The notes under the pieces: generated by a model
What the model was told of the DNA's origin: nothing
The model's input: only the letters and a program-made list of their open reading frames with translations
Database searches by the model: none
From: an uncultured Candidatus Binatia bacterium
GTDB taxonomy: Bacteria > Desulfobacterota > Binatia > Bin18
Assembly (NCBI GenBank): GCA_965203745.1
Contig: CBDBDK010000001.1
Location: 780,400 to 844,399 of the forward strand
Length of the DNA stretch: 64,000 bases
Direction of reading: 5' to 3'
Translations under genes and position numbers: made by a program
Part shown: positions 61,294-64,000 of the stretch, one piece after another
Numbering within the stretch: position 1 is the stretch's first letter
Layout of the letters: the number at the start of each line of letters is the position of its first letter

Positions 61294-61398
61294 ATCCCCT
61301 CTCGGGAGGGGTGGCCGAAGGCCGGGGTGGGTTTCTCCATTACGGTCCATCCGCAGAACCCACCCCGCCGCTACGCGGCACCCCTCCAAGGAGGGGAT
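61294..61398. repeat. REP family A dimer
   Basis: ATCCCCTCTCGGGAGGGGTGGCCGAAGGCCGGGGTGGGTT, a spacer, then AACCCACCCCGCCGCTACGCGGCACCCCTCCAAGGAGGGGAT. Confidence 0.85.
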
Positions 61399-61613
61399 TT
61401 TCTACTCTGTCATTTTCATATTAATAGCCGGATCAAAGATTTGAAAGGACTCTAACTATGGAATACATAGCTGCCTTTCTCTTAATCGCCGTCCCCTCCC
61501 TGTTTGTCTATCTCGCACTTGATGCGGCGCGACGCTCTAAGTAGACAGGCTGCCAACACAAGAAGGGAGAGGATTTTTCTTATCCTTATTAAGAGGATAC
61601 TCCATCTCGCCAT

Positions 61614-62909
61614 TTACTTCTCAACCCCAACCCACCGCACCAAATCACCAACCCTTGGTCTTCCGCCATGACGCCAACTCAGCGGGGGAAGTTGCATGGT
61701 CCCGATTGGGCACACACGGCTGACACCCAACGCCCCTAATGTATCCGTGAGAGTCGCCAGCCGTTCTGGACCTGCTGCCACCCCCACGGCTTCGAGATAG
61801 GGCTGCCACGCATCAAGAATCTCGCCAAGCTGCGGAATGTTCCGTAACGGCTTCACCCGGATCGTCCGATACAAAGGCGATTGGACGAAGGTCGGGTCGG
61901 CGTCGTACACTACGGTCCAGTCCGTTCCGTTCGGGCTCGCGTGCAGGACCACGTCTTTCCCGGCCAGCGCTTGCCATTCGGCTTCGTCTCTCACCCTTCG
62001 GATGGCGGTGCTGACTTCCGGTGGGACCGGACCGCGCGGCAGTTCGGTTTGCCAATGGGTCAGGCCCGTGGCGAGGAAAGCCGCGAACTCTTTTGGGGTG
62101 ACGGCTCCGCCTTCCTCAATATAGATAAGCTGGGGAGACAGACAGCCCTGCTGGTCGTATAACGCCACGTCATAGGCTGCTTTGTGAGCGATGGCTTTCG
62201 CATCGGTCAGGCTCTCTTTAGTCACCAGACCAAAACTTACTTTGTGCCCGTAGCCGATAAACTGCCCGCGCGTTCGTTTCCGGATTGCCGCGAGGCTCGC
62301 ATCCGCGCCGGAGGCAACAACAATGTCCGCTCGTCCATACGCCAGGTCTTCAAGCGCCGTGTTTCCTCCAGGCCAGGAAACGACGCTGAGACAGGCGCCC
62401 AGGCTTGGGTCGATGTCCTGAATCGAACGGGCGAACAGGGCGGGCAGGACGGGCTCTGCGGACGAGGTTTTGACCAGGGTGGCGGATTTCACCAGCAGAG
62501 AGAAAATGACGCTGTCAAGCCCTGCTCCGGGCACGTTGCCGGCCAGGACGTGCGTTATCAGCGGCGGACCAGAGGCGCGCTTTTGTCCTGAGACGGACGG
62601 GACAAAGCGGTCGAGGACTTCAAGACAACCCAGTTCATCAACGCAGAGCGTTTCTATCTTGGCCGCTCGATATTCCCGAAAAATAAGGGGCAACACATGC
62701 CGGATCATGGCTGGAGAGAGGCCGGTCGTTTCCGGGAGACGGGCTTCGGCTTCCTGGCGTTCTGGTGAGTCGGGGTCGAGCCAGCGTTGCACGGCCTGGT
62801 CTATACAGATCAGGATGTCCCGGGCCGTTCTGGGGACGAGGTGTTGGATGCGGTTGGCGAGCAGGGCGTCAAGCCTTGCGCTCAGGTCGGTCGGGGAGGG
62901 TGACGGCAT
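61614..62909 (-). CDS. luxC: Acyl-CoA reductase, LuxC family
   Basis: 431 aa. GPPLITHVLAGNVPGAGLDSVIFSLLVKSATLVKTSS is typical of LuxC. Confidence 0.8.
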   Translation of the reverse strand: MPSPSPTDLSARLDALLANRIQHLVPRTARDILICIDQAVQRWLDPDSPERQEAEARLPETTGLSPAMIRHVLPLIFREYRAAKIETLCVDELGCLEVLDRFVPSVSGQKRASGPPLITHVLAGNVPGAGLDSVIFSLLVKSATLVKTSSAEPVLPALFARSIQDIDPSLGACLSVVSWPGGNTALEDLAYGRADIVVASGADASLAAIRKRTRGQFIGYGHKVSFGLVTKESLTDAKAIAHKAAYDVALYDQQGCLSPQLIYIEEGGAVTPKEFAAFLATGLTHWQTELPRGPVPPEVSTAIRRVRDEAEWQALAGKDVVLHASPNGTDWTVVYDADPTFVQSPLYRTIRVKPLRNIPQLGEILDAWQPYLEAVGVAAGPERLATLTDTLGALGVSRVCPIGTMQLPPLSWRHGGRPRVGDLVRWVGVEK

Positions 62910-62920
62910 GCCTCTACCCG

Positions 62921-64000
62921 TTACTGGGCGGATAAAAACTCGTCCAGGACCAGCGCGCAGCCGCGTGCTTCCGAGCCTGGGGTCCGGCCGATAATCTCAA
63001 ACCCCTCGCCCGTCAGATAGCCCACATCATCAGTCTGAATCGCCATGACCGAGCCGCAGTTGGCCAGATCAAAGTGCCGCAGGATGCCGTGCTCGCCCGG
63101 CGGCACTTCTTCCAGGGTTTCGGGATGGACGACCAGTGTGCGTGTCCAGGCCGGGCCGATTTTATACCGCGGCTCGTTGCTCTTCCGAAAACGGTTGTAC
63201 AGGACGTGGTCGTAAAACTGCGAGGCCATCTCGGTCATGCCGTATTCGTTCACACAGTAATAGCCGGCGACCTTGAGATATTTCCAGCACGACTGCAAAT
63301 AGCCGTTGCGCGAGAGCGGGCGGCCTTTGCCCTTATTGCCGCCGGTATCCATAATGCGGCTGCTGGAGGGGAGCGCAAAGGTTTTCCGATTGGCGGCGCA
63401 CCAGTCGAAAAAGGCGACTAGGGCCGAGGTAATCGCCAGGACGCAGACCGGCTCGCTCGTCTCCTGGGCGTGGGTGACGTCCGCGGCAAAGGCTTCCAGG
63501 TGAATACCGTCCGCATCAATAAAATACCGGCTGTCAGGGGTTCCCAGCTCACGCATCACCCATTCGGCCATCTGGGTCAGCGACGAGTACGGTTGGGTCT
63601 CAGGATCGGGGATCAGGCTCAAGACCCGCAGCGGACGCTTTTCGGGCAGCACGCACTGTGAGAAATGGGCCAGCGCCGAGGCGTGGTATAACTGCAGATC
63701 GGGGACCAAGTGGCGGCCGCGCTTTTCCTGGCCTTGTGTAGTGCCGCTGGTCAAAAAGACTTTTTCCGGCGGACCGCAGGTCAACTCAAGCTCTTTGAAG
63801 GCAACGGTAGGAACGGCTGGAACAGCCTGCCAGGTTTGGACGGTCTCCGGGGTCTTGTCTCTGGCCAGGCAGAAGCGCTGATACGGAAGGTTCTGCTCGA
63901 ATTGATGGGCGAAGACATCCAGGGCCAGGCTCCCAAAGTCCTTCCTCTCAGGCGCGGCGATGAAATCCAGGACGCGAGTGTCTATGTGGTTTCGTGGTGC
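62921..64000 (-). CDS. luxE: Acyl-protein synthetase, LuxE family (5' end beyond the window)
   Basis: FLTSGTTQG, VNEYGMTEMASQFYD. The frame stays open to the window edge (..LDFIAAPERKDFGSLALDVFAHQFEQN..). Confidence 0.8.
   Translation of the reverse strand, partial: APRNHIDTRVLDFIAAPERKDFGSLALDVFAHQFEQNLPYQRFCLARDKTPETVQTWQAVPAVPTVAFKELELTCGPPEKVFLTSGTTQGQEKRGRHLVPDLQLYHASALAHFSQCVLPEKRPLRVLSLIPDPETQPYSSLTQMAEWVMRELGTPDSRYFIDADGIHLEAFAADVTHAQETSEPVCVLAITSALVAFFDWCAANRKTFALPSSSRIMDTGGNKGKGRPLSRNGYLQSCWKYLKVAGYYCVNEYGMTEMASQFYDHVLYNRFRKSNEPRYKIGPAWTRTLVVHPETLEEVPPGEHGILRHFDLANCGSVMAIQTDDVGYLTGEGFEIIGRTPGSEARGCALVLDEFLSAQ

Overview
High-G+C bacterial chromosomal segment with no rRNA and no CRISPR array, densely seeded with small palindromic repeats and mobile DNA.

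**1-14.7 kb, main candidate.** A type I restriction-modification operon has been broken open and reused as a landing pad. Its genes are hsdR (143-2905), hsdS (3440-4690 plus 7694-7996) and hsdM (13202-14686).
- Between hsdR and hsdS lies a 0.47-kb mosaic of gene fragments.
- Inside hsdS, on the opposite strand, sits a 3.0-kb group II intron. It carries an extra 143-aa ORF in its 5' ribozyme half, in addition to the RT/maturase/HNH ORF.
- Between hsdS and hsdM lie 5.2 kb of cargo:
  - an AT-richer stand-alone SIR2_2-like gene with its own promoter candidate;
  - an ORF-free tract with three 42-bp tandem repeats;
  - stumps of a second hsdM/hsdS allele;
  - a killer/antidote TA pair with a frameshifted toxin;
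  - an orphan RHH antitoxin;
  - an AlbA_2/HATPase_c_4 gene.

Each insertion is bracketed by diverged duplicates of hsd gene termini. This nested island, and especially the sensor-less SIR2 gene and the intron passenger ORF, is my best candidate for something undescribed.

**15-29 kb.** DUF1329/DUF1302 pair, small-molecule metabolism genes, an orphan HicB, squalene-hopene cyclase and a K+ channel.

**29.8-40 kb.** tRNA-Leu(CAA), a MITE, a LuxR regulator, two TonB-dependent receptors and genes carrying a recurrent uncharacterised C-terminal domain.

**40-46.7 kb.** An IS4-type element with three non-autonomous derivatives or relics in the window, mazEF, and rearranged gene fragments.

**46.8-64 kb.** Methylmalonyl-CoA-mutase-type, dehydrogenase and thioesterase genes, a tRNA-Val-like gene beside an IS1595-type transposase, MPN and PagL-like genes, a ferredoxin fusion, MBL, PPOX, aminotransferase and SDR genes, and a luxC/luxE pair (luxE runs off the window).

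All product calls rest on motifs I recognise by eye. No database search was run.
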